The notes: a model not told the origin generated them from the sequence alone. A DNA stretch of 64,000 nucleotides from Mucilaginibacter sp. (GCA_028288305.1 JAQBOA010000056.1:54026-118025), one strand, 5' to 3'. Positions 40,775 to 51,198 are shown, counted from the first letter of the stretch. Translations and numbers: made by a program.

Positions 40775-42206
40775 ATAATACTATCGGATTCCCTATATAG
40801 TAATCGATTACTTTACTTCTGAATATCATCTGGTACCTCGCTGCGATCATATCGTTTTGCGATTTGTTATAATTGGTAAGCGACGTGTTATAATCAAGTG
40901 TATTAACCAGGCCGGCATCGTACCGTTGTTTGGTAATATTTAATGCTTCTTTGTTCGATTCATAAGTTTGCAGGGATGATTGATAGCTTTTTTCCGCAGC
41001 CTGCAAGTCGAGCATAGCCTGAATAATGGTTTTGCTTAACGTATTTTTTGCAAGCTGGGTAGTAAGTTCGGCGTACTCATAATTTAATTTAGCCTTTCTA
41101 ACCGATGTACGGGCCATGAAACGATTAAAAATTGGTATCTGCAAACTTACGCCTATTGATTCATTAAAATTATTTCCAAACTGGCTTAATGCCGAGTAAG
41201 GACCATAAACAGGTTGTGCACTTGTGATGGTAATTGGCTGGCCCTGAACCGTACCTATCTGTTGCGTAACTTGTGCGGTACCTATTACTTGTGTTGTAAT
41301 TTGATTGGAATAATTAGAACCTACTCCACCAAACAGGGACACTGTTGGGTAATAATTACCTTTAGCTATTTTGATAGCCTGAGCGTATGTTTGCTGCTGC
41401 AACTCTGCAAGTTTAATATCAGGATTTATACTAAATGCAGTTTTAATTACATCAGTAGAATTGTACAATGTTCTTATATCAGTTAATTTACTAATATCAG
41501 GCCTTTCTACGGTTATATTTGTTGCCGGATCCATTTCCATATATTGTTTTAATATCAAAATGGCCAAATCAGTCTGATTTTGAGCATTCGTTAAATTTAG
41601 TTCAGCAGTTGAAACCTGGGCCTGGGCCTGGGCTAGGTCAGCCTTTGTTTGATTACCGGCATCAAAGTTTTTCTGTGTCCTATCTAAAGTAATTTTAGCA
41701 AGTTCAATTTGTTGGTTTGCAGCAATCACCAGATCCTGATCAGTAAGTATAGTCAAATATTCAACGACAACGTTTAAAAGCAGATCATTTTTAACTTTTG
41801 CAGTACTTGTTTTATCAACATCAAGCAACAATTTATTTTGCAATATCTGGTTGCGTAACTGGCCCCCCTGAAAAAGAGTAACAGATAGCGAAGCAGCTCC
41901 ATTCACATATAGAAAAGCTTTACTGCTATAGGTATAAGTAGCTAAGTTAGGACTACGGCCAAAATTATAAGAAGCTTGAGGGTTAGCGGTTAAACTTGGC
42001 AATTGATTATTTTTCGCTTGTTTGTAATCTTCATTAGCTAACGATTCAGTAAGCTGGGCCTGTTTAATAGTCAAGTTATTTTGTATGGTAAGGTCAACCG
42101 CTTTTTGAAGGCTTATTACTTGCTGGGCCTTTGTTGTAAAACTTAATGCAATCAAAAATAAAATACTTAAGCTTATTTTTTTAAATGTTAATATAGTTTC
42201 TGTCAT
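40773..42206 (-). CDS. TolC-family outer membrane protein
   Basis: Signal peptide, LFQGG, VSLQIPIFNRF, RYDAGL. Confidence 0.92.
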   Translation of the reverse strand: MTETILTFKKISLSILFLIALSFTTKAQQVISLQKAVDLTIQNNLTIKQAQLTESLANEDYKQAKNNQLPSLTANPQASYNFGRSPNLATYTYSSKAFLYVNGAASLSVTLFQGGQLRNQILQNKLLLDVDKTSTAKVKNDLLLNVVVEYLTILTDQDLVIAANQQIELAKITLDRTQKNFDAGNQTKADLAQAQAQVSTAELNLTNAQNQTDLAILILKQYMEMDPATNITVERPDISKLTDIRTLYNSTDVIKTAFSINPDIKLAELQQQTYAQAIKIAKGNYYPTVSLFGGVGSNYSNQITTQVIGTAQVTQQIGTVQGQPITITSAQPVYGPYSALSQFGNNFNESIGVSLQIPIFNRFMARTSVRKAKLNYEYAELTTQLAKNTLSKTIIQAMLDLQAAEKSYQSSLQTYESNKEALNITKQRYDAGLVNTLDYNTSLTNYNKSQNDMIAARYQMIFRSKVIDYYIGNPIVL

Positions 42207-42350
42207 TAGATTATATTTGTGAATAGTTCATGGTTAACAGGATTGTTTTCTCTTAATCTAAATTATTAATAATTTTAAGCCCGCGTAATAACACAATAAT
42301 ATTAGTTTTAAGAATGGTAGTACTATGAACCATCATCTATACTAAAAAAA

Positions 42351-42974
42351 ATGTACCTGGTTAAAACACCCTGGCTGCTTAAAAAGCTATATCCTAAACT
42401 AATATGGAATGTTAAACAGAGCTCCCGGTGCATTTATTTGACTTTTGACGATGGCCCTATACCCATTGTTACACCTTTTGTTTTAAATATTTTAAAACAG
42501 TATAATGCAAAGGCTACATTTTTTTGTATTGGCGATAATGTACGCAAGCATCCGGACATTTTTGAAGAGGTAAAAAAAGATGGTCATGCCATAGGTAATC
42601 ACACCTATAATCACCTCAAAGGGTGGAAAACCGAAGACAATACATACCTGGAAAACTTTACAAAAACGGATAATTTACTTCATACCGACTTGTTCAGGCC
42701 GCCATATGGACGTATAAAAAGATCGCAGGTAAAATTGCTTAAAAAAGCCAAACCCGGTTTAGAAATCATCATGTGGACAGTATTATCAGGTGATTTTGAC
42801 ATTAATCTTAAACCTGAAAAGTGTTTGGGTAATGTATTGAAAAATACAAGCAGCGGAGATATTGTTTTGTTTCATGATAGTTTAAAAGCTTATGAAAGGA
42901 TGGAATATGCATTACCGAGGGCGATGGAGTATTGGAGTAAAGAGGGATACGAGTTTAAGGGCCTCAATATTTAA
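42351..42974 (+). CDS. Polysaccharide deacetylase (CE4)
   Basis: LTFDDGP, GNHTYNH, LFRPPYG, IVLFHD. Confidence 0.94.
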   Translation: MYLVKTPWLLKKLYPKLIWNVKQSSRCIYLTFDDGPIPIVTPFVLNILKQYNAKATFFCIGDNVRKHPDIFEEVKKDGHAIGNHTYNHLKGWKTEDNTYLENFTKTDNLLHTDLFRPPYGRIKRSQVKLLKKAKPGLEIIMWTVLSGDFDINLKPEKCLGNVLKNTSSGDIVLFHDSLKAYERMEYALPRAMEYWSKEGYEFKGLNI

Positions 42975-43016
42975 TATTGAAAAGTGATTGTCACAAAAGT
43001 ATAGTAACAATTAAAT

Positions 43017-43076
43017 TGCGCGTCATTGCGAGTCTCCACCAGAGTTTACCCTGGTGGAGACTCGCAATGACGCGCA
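43017..43076. repeat. REP-like family A, perfect 26-bp arms
   Basis: TGCGCGTCATTGCGAGTCTCCACCAG-AGTTTACC-CTGGTGGAGACTCGCAATGACGCGCA. Confidence 0.92.
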
Positions 43077-43206
43077 TTAATATTATAAAACATGTCATCA
43101 AATCCGCTTTTAATAAAAGAACACGACATAATAACAGGTTTTCCTTCTTCAATGCATCAAAATTGCGATGGGAATGTGATTTGTAGCCTCATTAAAAAGG
43201 AAACAA

Positions 43207-44130
43207 ATGGATGCTTATTCCACCACCATAATCGACGCTGTTGAAAAAGTAAAAACAGCGGTCGTAAAAATTGAGCTTTATAAAAGTGATAAAAATAAAG
43301 AAGTCCTTGCCGGGACGGGGTCCGGATTTTTATTTTCTTCCGATGGCTTTTTGTTTACCAATAGCCACGTTGTTCATAACGCCGAAATTATTAAAATCAA
43401 ACTTCACGACGGCAGTACTGCGATAGCAAGTCTTGTTGGTGAAGACCCTGATACCGATCTGGCTATACTCAAAATTTCCGGGTCAGAATTTACCCCGGTA
43501 AAATTAGGTGATGCTGAAATACTAAAAATAGGGCAGCTGGTTATTGCCATTGGCAATCCGTTGGGTTTTCAGCATACCGTAACTGCCGGAGTGGTAAGTG
43601 CTTTAGGCCGAACACTGGAAGGACAAACAGGCCGGATGATGGATAGCATGATACAAACCGATGCTGCCCTTAATCCTGGCAACTCCGGCGGCCCGCTTAT
43701 CAATACCGATGGCGAGGTTGTTGGTGTTAATACAGCCACCATACGCGGCGCCCAGGGACTGTGTTTTGCAATCAGCATTACTACAGCAAAAGAGGTAGCC
43801 AATCAGCTAATCCGGTTTGGAAAGGTTAAGCGTGCCTATCTGGGTATAGTTTTGCAGCAAATAGATTTAGTGCCTAAATTAAGGACCATCCACCAATTGC
43901 AAAATAAGCAGGCTTTGTTTATTTCGGATGTAGCTGATGGCAGTCCGGCGCAAAAGGCCGGCATATTAAGCGGCGACATCATTTTATCGTTTAATAACCA
44001 AATGGTTGAAACATCAGATAAGTTATTTAAAATGCTAACCGAAGATAAAATAGGCCAGTTTCAGTACATAGGTGTACTCAGAAATAATTATAAAACAGAG
44101 TTCAGGATTACGCCGGTGCAGAAGAATTAA
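43207..44130 (+). CDS. HtrA-like S1C serine protease with PDZ domain, no signal peptide
   Basis: TNSHVV (H), DTDLA (D), QTDAALNPGNSGGPL (S), C-terminal PDZ. Confidence 0.93.
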   Translation: MDAYSTTIIDAVEKVKTAVVKIELYKSDKNKEVLAGTGSGFLFSSDGFLFTNSHVVHNAEIIKIKLHDGSTAIASLVGEDPDTDLAILKISGSEFTPVKLGDAEILKIGQLVIAIGNPLGFQHTVTAGVVSALGRTLEGQTGRMMDSMIQTDAALNPGNSGGPLINTDGEVVGVNTATIRGAQGLCFAISITTAKEVANQLIRFGKVKRAYLGIVLQQIDLVPKLRTIHQLQNKQALFISDVADGSPAQKAGILSGDIILSFNNQMVETSDKLFKMLTEDKIGQFQYIGVLRNNYKTEFRITPVQKN

Positions 44131-44155
44131 GGGGAACTAAACTTTTTGTATTGCA

Positions 44156-44638
44156 TTAATCATTGCCATTAAGCATTTCATCAAAGTCCTTTTGTGTATA
44201 CCCTTTTTCGGCCACGGCTTTTGTAACTTCTTCTTGCAATAAACCAGCATAATGATCAACCTCCTGGTTCTCCAAAACCGGCGAATCATTCTGCCAATAT
44301 GTTAAACCCCATTGGGCCATTGATTCAAATAATGGCTTTAGTGCATTGCCCTTTTCTGATAAAGCATAGGTTACATGCGGAGGAACCACCGGCTTAACTT
44401 CGCGGGTAACCAGTTCGTCAGTCTCCAGTTCCCTCAGGTTTTGTATCAGCATTTTTTCTGTTATGTTGGGGAGTGCTTTTTTTAATACCCCGTATCTCAT
44501 CGGTCCGCTGCTAAGCTGGAAAATGATCAGCGGCTTCCACCTGTTACCTATTTTGCTGAGCGTATAACTAACCGGACAACTTTCTGTCGCAACACTTTTA
44601 TTTAATTGGTTTGTTGATGTTTCTTTAACTGTATACAT
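44156..44638 (-). CDS. HxlR-family winged-helix regulator with C-terminal extension
   Basis: CPVSYTLSKIGNRWKPLI, ITEKMLIQNLRELE, VPPHVTYALS; ATG at 44638. Confidence 0.9.
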   Translation of the reverse strand: MYTVKETSTNQLNKSVATESCPVSYTLSKIGNRWKPLIIFQLSSGPMRYGVLKKALPNITEKMLIQNLRELETDELVTREVKPVVPPHVTYALSEKGNALKPLFESMAQWGLTYWQNDSPVLENQEVDHYAGLLQEEVTKAVAEKGYTQKDFDEMLNGND

Positions 44639-44717
44639 ATTTATACCTACTTTTTGGTTAGTACTTGTAGAAAAGTAAGTGCTAATATACCTTTGTTTCA
44701 AATAAAAAACAAAAAAT

Positions 44718-45602
44718 ATGAAATACGTTATTACAGGCTCAACAGGCCATATCAGCAAACCGCTTAGTGAGCAGCTTATTAAAGCAGGTCATCAAGTTAC
44801 CATAATCAGCAGCAATCAGGATAAAGTAAAAGAAATTGAAGGTTTAGGCGCGAAAGCTTCGATAGGTTCGGTTGAAGATGTTGCCTTTTTGACCAAAACA
44901 TTTACCGGAGCCGACGCTGTTTATACCATGGTGCCGCCAAAATGGGATGCAAAAAATTGGAAAGAAGAAATCCACAGCATTGGTAAAAACTATGCGACGG
45001 CGATAAAAGCAGCAGGCGTAAAAAAGGTGGTGAATTTAAGCAGTGTAGGCGCTCATATGCCAAAAGGCTGTGGACCTGTAAGCGGTATTCATTTTGTGGA
45101 AAAGGAATTAAATGCACTCGGTGGGGTTGATGTGCTGCATCTTCGGCCTGCTTATTTTTATTATAACCTGCTTGGAAATATAGGCATGATCAAACACATG
45201 GGTATTATCGGCGGCAACTATGGCGACGTAACTATACCAATGGTGCACCCAAGAGACATAGCCTCGGTTGCAGCCGAAGAATTATTAAAGTTTGATTTTA
45301 AAGGGAAAAGCATCCGCTATATAGTTAGCGACGAACCTAACACCAACGAAATAGCAAAAGTGCTTGGTGAGGCTATCGGAAAACCGGATCTGCAATGGGT
45401 TAAATTTAAAGATGAAGATACCCTTAACGGAATACTGCAGGCAGGCTTATCGCAGGAAGTTGCTGAAAACTATGTTGAAATGGGTACAGCTATAGCGAGC
45501 GGAGAAATGTCGGCAGATTATAACAAACACAAGCCGGCCTTAAGCCCAACTAAACTGAAAGACTTTGCTAAGGAATTTGCAGCCGCTTATGCGAACTCAT
45601 AA
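44718..45602 (+). CDS. NmrA-like NAD(P)H-binding protein
   Basis: ITGSTGHIS Rossmann start, VNLSSVGA, LRPAYF, MVHPRDIA; divergent from HxlR. Confidence 0.9.
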   Translation: MKYVITGSTGHISKPLSEQLIKAGHQVTIISSNQDKVKEIEGLGAKASIGSVEDVAFLTKTFTGADAVYTMVPPKWDAKNWKEEIHSIGKNYATAIKAAGVKKVVNLSSVGAHMPKGCGPVSGIHFVEKELNALGGVDVLHLRPAYFYYNLLGNIGMIKHMGIIGGNYGDVTIPMVHPRDIASVAAEELLKFDFKGKSIRYIVSDEPNTNEIAKVLGEAIGKPDLQWVKFKDEDTLNGILQAGLSQEVAENYVEMGTAIASGEMSADYNKHKPALSPTKLKDFAKEFAAAYANS

Positions 45603-45629
45603 GGGTTAATAGCACAGGTCTTGACACTA

Positions 45630-45725
45630 TTGTCATTGCGATCCGCCGATAGGCGGAGAAGCAATCGCGAACTGTGCATAATCGTCATGCATAGTCCGCG
45701 ATTGCTTCGGAGCAACGTGGCAATG
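45630..45725. repeat. REP-like family A (right end truncated)
   Basis: TTGTCATTGCGATCCGCCGATAGGCGGAGAAGCAATCGCG...CGCGATTGCTTC. Confidence 0.8.
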
Positions 45726-45790
45726 TAGACCCGGTTCACCCGGTGCACCCGGAACAGGGTGGCACAGGGTGGAACACCCGGAACACCCCG
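45724..45790 (+). repeat. Repeat family G
   Basis: TGTAGACCCGGTTCACCCGGTGCACCCGGAACAGGGTGGCACAGGGTGGAACACC. Confidence 0.7.
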
Positions 45791-45798
45791 CTATGCCA

Positions 45799-47169
45799 TC
45801 AATCTGATTTGAAATTTTTTACGTCAGATTGGTAAATGGGGGGCCTTCCATCCGGGGAAAGAAGGTAAAACTTCACATTATTAAGATCTATATTTTTTAC
45901 ATGCCGCAGAAAAAGCCCGTAAGCTGGCAAACGATCGCCAAACATCGTATTTCCAGGATAACCGGCCGCATTTTCAGGTATATCCGAATCCGTCCCGTCC
46001 ATATGTTTACCACCACCCTTACTGATCAGCATAATATCCCTTAACACAACATTTTCTATATCATGACCAGGTATGCCGGTGATTGAACTTGGCAGCAAGC
46101 TGTTTGATGTGGCTGTTATATTACTGATGATAATATGACCAACCGGAGCGGGCTGGTATTTGCGATTTCCGAGTTTGATGAATATGGGCGTTTGCACACC
46201 CGTCATGTTGATATTACTAATGACCACCTGATCAATGCTTCCACCATCAACTGCTTCCAGCGCTATTCCGGCCTCCCCCGAAATACTATCTGCAACACTA
46301 TTCATTCGCCTGCGGATTTTCCCCATAACAGAAACAGTTGCCTTTTTCAAAACACAATTACTGACAGATACATTTTGAAAACCAGCATAGCTGGCGGTCC
46401 CCATTTTTATAAAATTGCAGTTGGAAGCAACAATGCAATTCGTAATGCTCACGTTCTCAACCAGCTCGTAGCCATCACTTTTCATGCAGATACCATCATC
46501 ATCGCTATCAATATTACAATCGGAAACCGTCACATTACGGCTATCTATGTCGATTCCGTCATTATTCAAATTGCCGTGGTTATAAACGGTGATGCCACTT
46601 ATTCTGACACCGTCGCATGCAAAATAATGCTGCATCCAAAATGCGGAATTCATCAAATGAATATCCCGGATGTTAACGTCTTTGCAAGCGACAAACATGA
46701 TCACTTTGGGTCGGTTAGGATCATCATCCTGAGTTTGGAAATCCTTACTTCTTCCATTACCATTAATAACGCCTTCGCCAATAATACTGATATGGCTAGC
46801 CCCGTCGGCGTAAATGAGAGCCCGGCTTGGCATTGAAGGCCAATTCGGCCTATGAGGAGGCCTTGTTTTAACCGAAATGGAATTAACCGGATAATCCTTT
46901 AAATAAGGACTGCCTATCAGCTCAGCCCCTTTCATAACCGATAGAGTAACGTTGCTTTTTAAATAGATGGTACCGGTGTAATACATGCCCGGTGGCACTA
47001 ATACTATTCCCCCTTTTTCGGCGCACTTATCTATTGTCTTTTGAATGGCAATGGCATTGTTAACGTTGCTTCCTTCTTTCGCCCCGAAGGCAACAATGTT
47101 TAAGAATTGTCCATAAGTGCAATTGTAAATTAATACCGTGATTATAGAAAATATAAGTTTCAATTTCAT
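45799..47169 (-). CDS. Glycoside hydrolase family 28-like pectin-lyase-fold protein
   Basis: AIQKTID, TIYLKSNVTL, NNDGIDID, SDDDGICMKS. Confidence 0.88.
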   Translation of the reverse strand: MKLKLIFSIITVLIYNCTYGQFLNIVAFGAKEGSNVNNAIAIQKTIDKCAEKGGIVLVPPGMYYTGTIYLKSNVTLSVMKGAELIGSPYLKDYPVNSISVKTRPPHRPNWPSMPSRALIYADGASHISIIGEGVINGNGRSKDFQTQDDDPNRPKVIMFVACKDVNIRDIHLMNSAFWMQHYFACDGVRISGITVYNHGNLNNDGIDIDSRNVTVSDCNIDSDDDGICMKSDGYELVENVSITNCIVASNCNFIKMGTASYAGFQNVSVSNCVLKKATVSVMGKIRRRMNSVADSISGEAGIALEAVDGGSIDQVVISNINMTGVQTPIFIKLGNRKYQPAPVGHIIISNITATSNSLLPSSITGIPGHDIENVVLRDIMLISKGGGKHMDGTDSDIPENAAGYPGNTMFGDRLPAYGLFLRHVKNIDLNNVKFYLLSPDGRPPIYQSDVKNFKSD

Positions 47170-47394
47170 TGCGGTTATTCTTATTTGAGTTTATAATTTA
47201 GATAAATCGAATTTAGCTTAAAAAAGTCTTTCAGCATTACAATGCCTTTACAATTTTTGTCAACAAGATATCCCGTGTTGATTCGCCGACAATGGTAGGT
47301 GGCACAGTTATTTAAAATACAAACTAATTTCACACTTCTGGAATTCAGGCAGTCCTTTAACTAAAGCCCCCGATGTCCGACACTAATTTTTCAA

Positions 47395-47413
47395 GTCCAA
47401 GTGACACTTGGAC
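47395..47413. repeat. REP-like family E hairpin (GTCCAAGTG..CACTTGGAC)
   Basis: Same arms at ~48157-48178. Confidence 0.7.
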
Positions 47414-47506
47414 AGGCGCTTGAAATAATTCTAATGTTATTTAAAAATCAGATTGGATATATCAATATATTGCAGCATTAAATAATCTTAAACCGTATCA
47501 TTAAAT

Positions 47507-48109
47507 ATGAAATATTGCCTGGTTTTGCTGCTTACTATAAGCCTTAAATGTTTTGGGCAGGACTACAAAACCCAAATTGCCGAATACCAACAAAAATATA
47601 AGGGTGATTTCCTGACTGAACCAAATTCTCCATTAAAAAAGGATGATCTACAATTTCTTCGCTTTTACGATGCAGACAGTACTTACAGAGTTGTGGCTAA
47701 TATGGAAATTTTATCGAATGAATCCACTTTTGTAATGCCCGTTTTTAATGGAACCGGACGACAATATATTCGTTATGCGCTGCTTAAATTTGTACTTAAA
47801 GGTAAACCTATGCAGCTTACCTTGTACAGAAACATTGCTTTGCTAAAGCTGCCTGAATATAAAGATTATTTATTTCTCCCCTTTACCGATGACACCAACG
47901 GCACGACTACCTATGCAGGAGGGCGGTATATTGATTTGAGTGTAAAAGATATTAATGGCAACAGTATAGTGATCGACTTTAACAGAGCATATAACCCGTA
48001 TTGTGCTTTTAGCGGCGGTTACTCCTGCCCGAAACCGCCAGATGAGAACCACATGCAGATTGCTGTTGAAGCTGGTGAGAAATTGTTTGCAGGGGAGAAA
48101 AAGCATTGA
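47507..48109 (+). CDS. DUF1684 domain-containing protein
   Basis: LFLPFTDDTNGTTTYAGGRY, IDFNRAYNPYCAF...SCPKPP..N...IAVEAGEK. Confidence 0.93.
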   Translation: MKYCLVLLLTISLKCFGQDYKTQIAEYQQKYKGDFLTEPNSPLKKDDLQFLRFYDADSTYRVVANMEILSNESTFVMPVFNGTGRQYIRYALLKFVLKGKPMQLTLYRNIALLKLPEYKDYLFLPFTDDTNGTTTYAGGRYIDLSVKDINGNSIVIDFNRAYNPYCAFSGGYSCPKPPDENHMQIAVEAGEKLFAGEKKH

Positions 48110-48125
48110 GATTATAAATTCTGGC

Positions 48126-48178
48126 AAGTTTAAGTGTGACACTTAAACTTTTTTGCGTCCAAGTGCAGACACTTGGAC
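48126..48178. repeat. REP-like family E doublet
   Basis: AAGTTTAAGTG-TGA-CACTTAAACTT and GTCCAAGTG-CAGA-CACTTGGAC. Confidence 0.75.
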
Positions 48179-48405
48179 GGGCGGGTTTTGTTGCCAAAGA
48201 ATCTCTAATTACCTTATGAAGGAACGATAACGACAAAAATCAAAGGATTCAGTCATAAATACAGGGTCATCTTATCAAAGTTTAAGGCTGAACCAATAAT
48301 TTACTCTATATCGTAATTCGAATTGTTAAGAATTATAAATTTCTGTTTCGTTAATGTTTTGTACCTTGAACTCACAGCGGTGCTAAACATCACATTTAAT
48401 TTCCT

Positions 48406-51198
48406 ATGCTCCTTTTAATTGACAATTGCACACTTCTCCAATTAGTATATTCGGAAGGTTATAGCCAACAATTGGTTGCATTGGAAAACTTCGTTAATGC
48501 TGGAAATGTATCCATCATCACACATGAGTTAGTTATTGAAGAATGGAAGAAACACAAGGAAGAAGACAAGTCAAGAAAATTAAAGAAACTCTTAAAACCA
48601 AAGGCAATTCCAGATTTAGAAACAATCAGCTTTTTACCAAGTCCCGTTGTAACAACCACAACTCATTTAGATAGCCAGTTTGAACAAGTGGATAAGCTAC
48701 TTCGCGATGCCAAAATACTGACCACCCCACCAGCTATTACTAATGAATTTGCTGAGCGATATAAAAATGGCCTTGCTCCCTTTCATAATAAGAAAGATAG
48801 TCTAAATGACTGGGAAATAATTGGTTCAGCAGGCCATTATTGTGTAATCAACAATATACCACGATTATATTTTGCTTCGTCAAATCATACTGATTTTGCC
48901 AGCAAAATAGATATTGAAAAAACCATCCATCCCGATATTCAAAATAGGTTTCCAGAAGTGGTGATTAGTTATTTCCGTGACTTAGGCGTTTTTTTAAAGG
49001 ATTTGAATACTGTTATTTTACCTCAAAAATATCTCGCCTACAACCTTGTAAGGAATGAAAAATATTCATACAAAGCGTCGGTAAAGAAAAATGACCTGGA
49101 CAGTTTGTATTATTTATTTAAGGACACTTACGAGGAACTATCATTTATCCCTCCTTATATTTTAACAAGATACCATCCTTTTGCTGAACCTGTCAAATCT
49201 TACTGTCATTTCGGTTTGTTCACGATATCTTATGTAAGGGATAGTCTGGTTAGCTTGTTCGAGAATATCGAAATCAACGGGCCTGGAAAATTTGAGATCA
49301 TCCATGAAACTGCATTCTTTGGAATAAAGGATTACCGGGAAAAATTAGAATATGTATTGCTAAGGTTAACGAACAATTTGATCTTTAATCTGGAGGCAAG
49401 TACGAGCAGAAACCGAGTTTCCGTCCACTACACGGATGGAACTTTTTGTGAGTGTGTAAAATGCAGTTATCAAAGACTTGAATTTCTTAAATGCTTACAA
49501 ATACTACCGCAACCCCTAAGCAGCATCGAGGAAAAATTCAAGAATGCTTATTTTCATTATCAGTTTGGCAACTACAACGCTGCCGCCCGTTTATATATTG
49601 ACCTTCAACAGGAAGCGTTAGACAATAATAAATTCATAATTTATTATTTATGTTTTTATAATCTCCGGCATCTTGCAAGGTTCTTGGATAATCCTTTCTT
49701 AACTGTCGAACTGACTCCGCAAGAGCTTTTAATGATAAAAGAGATTGATCCAATCGAAGAATGTACTAAGCTAAAGGCTCGAACCGATTATGATCTCCTG
49801 ACTTTTATTGCAGATGGCGATTTTTTTAAAGGCGCTTTTGAAAGCATATCCGAAATTGTTATCCAGATCGATGATAGTTACTATTCGCATCTAAATGGTG
49901 GTCACAGTACTAATAGCCACATTTGGAATCTTATTCAAAAGTTTGCAGAACTGGATACATTCATCAACAATAATTTTGTGATTTATGATGCATATTCAAA
50001 TTTTGAAAGGCTTTTTGAATTGGTTATAAAAGGGCTTTTTGCCTCTCATGCGATGAATGGCACACAAAACAGTGCTTTAGAAAAATTTGACGACTACCTT
50101 ATCGGTAAAATCATTTTTTACGCAGATAAAAAAAATATATTCAAATATTTCAACCGCTATAAACTTAAATCATTAGCCTACGGTAGCAAGAGAAATTCTA
50201 AAGATTCATTTATTAATTTGGCGAAAAATCTTTTGTCGAATGAGAAAGAAATGAAGTCCACATTTGCTTTGAGCGCAGACAAAGGGAATAGCTATTTTTA
50301 CACTAAATACAATAAGATATTCGACAATTTAATGGCTATGGCCGCAGTACTCAATCTAACCGAATACGAGCTTAATAGATTTGGTAATTGCCTATACCAA
50401 TTTATCAAAACTGAAAAATCATTAAATCATACTGGCTCTGAATCGATAACGAGTTTCATCAGTTCAAAAGGGAAATTTTTAAAAAGAAAATTGTTAGACA
50501 AGCTGACTGATTTCTTCCTTAAAAACATCGATACGTATGAAGGAAACGTTCTTGAAGCTTTTGTAAAATGCTATCCTGACAACACGGTTGAATTTTTTGC
50601 TTATGATTCAATTATAGACAGGTTAAGAAACGAAAGTATTCATTACAATAAAGAGGCCGATATCAGGTTGCTAGCCGTTATTCATCTCAAGGTTATTCCA
50701 GAAGATAAAGTAATAATAGCAAAAGCCATGATGGCACAACTTAAAGCAAAGCCCGATTTTCGGCTATTTTACCTTTGTGTTATACAGGATATCATAAAAT
50801 TAAATCGAAAGATGTTATTGGCATATCTCGATGAAATCGAAATCAAGCCTACTGAGCCTACTTTAAGAACTGTCCTTACAGGTTGGTCGGACAAATACAA
50901 TCGGCGCTTGGATGACCTTGTTAATATATGTTTTAAATTCAATATTAATACTAAATCGAAAACGTTCATAGGTCTTGCAGCGATTGATACTTATTACCGC
51001 TGGCTCTTTGACATGGAGGGATTTGACTATGCTTATTTCAACTTCAATTGGCCAAACCATTATAAGACCAAATTTTATTACGAACGAATGGCCAAATCAA
51101 AAAAGTTAAAGAAGGCGATTATTAATTATTTGCGTTCTAACTCTCACCCAGAATTGGAAAAGACATTGATAAGGATTAGCTTTTACGCTAATACCTAA
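48406..51198 (+). CDS. PIN-domain (DUF4935-like) protein with DSR2-like helical sensor body; putative anti-phage defence protein
   Basis: PIN acidic motifs LLIDN, VIEEW, LNDWEII, SSNHTDF in first ~200 aa; TPR-like middle; C-terminal Y.W..D.E.FDY..F...W motif; AT-rich. Confidence 0.75.
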   Translation: MLLLIDNCTLLQLVYSEGYSQQLVALENFVNAGNVSIITHELVIEEWKKHKEEDKSRKLKKLLKPKAIPDLETISFLPSPVVTTTTHLDSQFEQVDKLLRDAKILTTPPAITNEFAERYKNGLAPFHNKKDSLNDWEIIGSAGHYCVINNIPRLYFASSNHTDFASKIDIEKTIHPDIQNRFPEVVISYFRDLGVFLKDLNTVILPQKYLAYNLVRNEKYSYKASVKKNDLDSLYYLFKDTYEELSFIPPYILTRYHPFAEPVKSYCHFGLFTISYVRDSLVSLFENIEINGPGKFEIIHETAFFGIKDYREKLEYVLLRLTNNLIFNLEASTSRNRVSVHYTDGTFCECVKCSYQRLEFLKCLQILPQPLSSIEEKFKNAYFHYQFGNYNAAARLYIDLQQEALDNNKFIIYYLCFYNLRHLARFLDNPFLTVELTPQELLMIKEIDPIEECTKLKARTDYDLLTFIADGDFFKGAFESISEIVIQIDDSYYSHLNGGHSTNSHIWNLIQKFAELDTFINNNFVIYDAYSNFERLFELVIKGLFASHAMNGTQNSALEKFDDYLIGKIIFYADKKNIFKYFNRYKLKSLAYGSKRNSKDSFINLAKNLLSNEKEMKSTFALSADKGNSYFYTKYNKIFDNLMAMAAVLNLTEYELNRFGNCLYQFIKTEKSLNHTGSESITSFISSKGKFLKRKLLDKLTDFFLKNIDTYEGNVLEAFVKCYPDNTVEFFAYDSIIDRLRNESIHYNKEADIRLLAVIHLKVIPEDKVIIAKAMMAQLKAKPDFRLFYLCVIQDIIKLNRKMLLAYLDEIEIKPTEPTLRTVLTGWSDKYNRRLDDLVNICFKFNINTKSKTFIGLAAIDTYYRWLFDMEGFDYAYFNFNWPNHYKTKFYYERMAKSKKLKKAIINYLRSNSHPELEKTLIRISFYANT

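Noticed and set aside
43207-44130. HtrA-like protease without export signal
   Set aside because: Cytoplasmic S1C-PDZ proteases of this form are a common family; the catalytic triad is normal.
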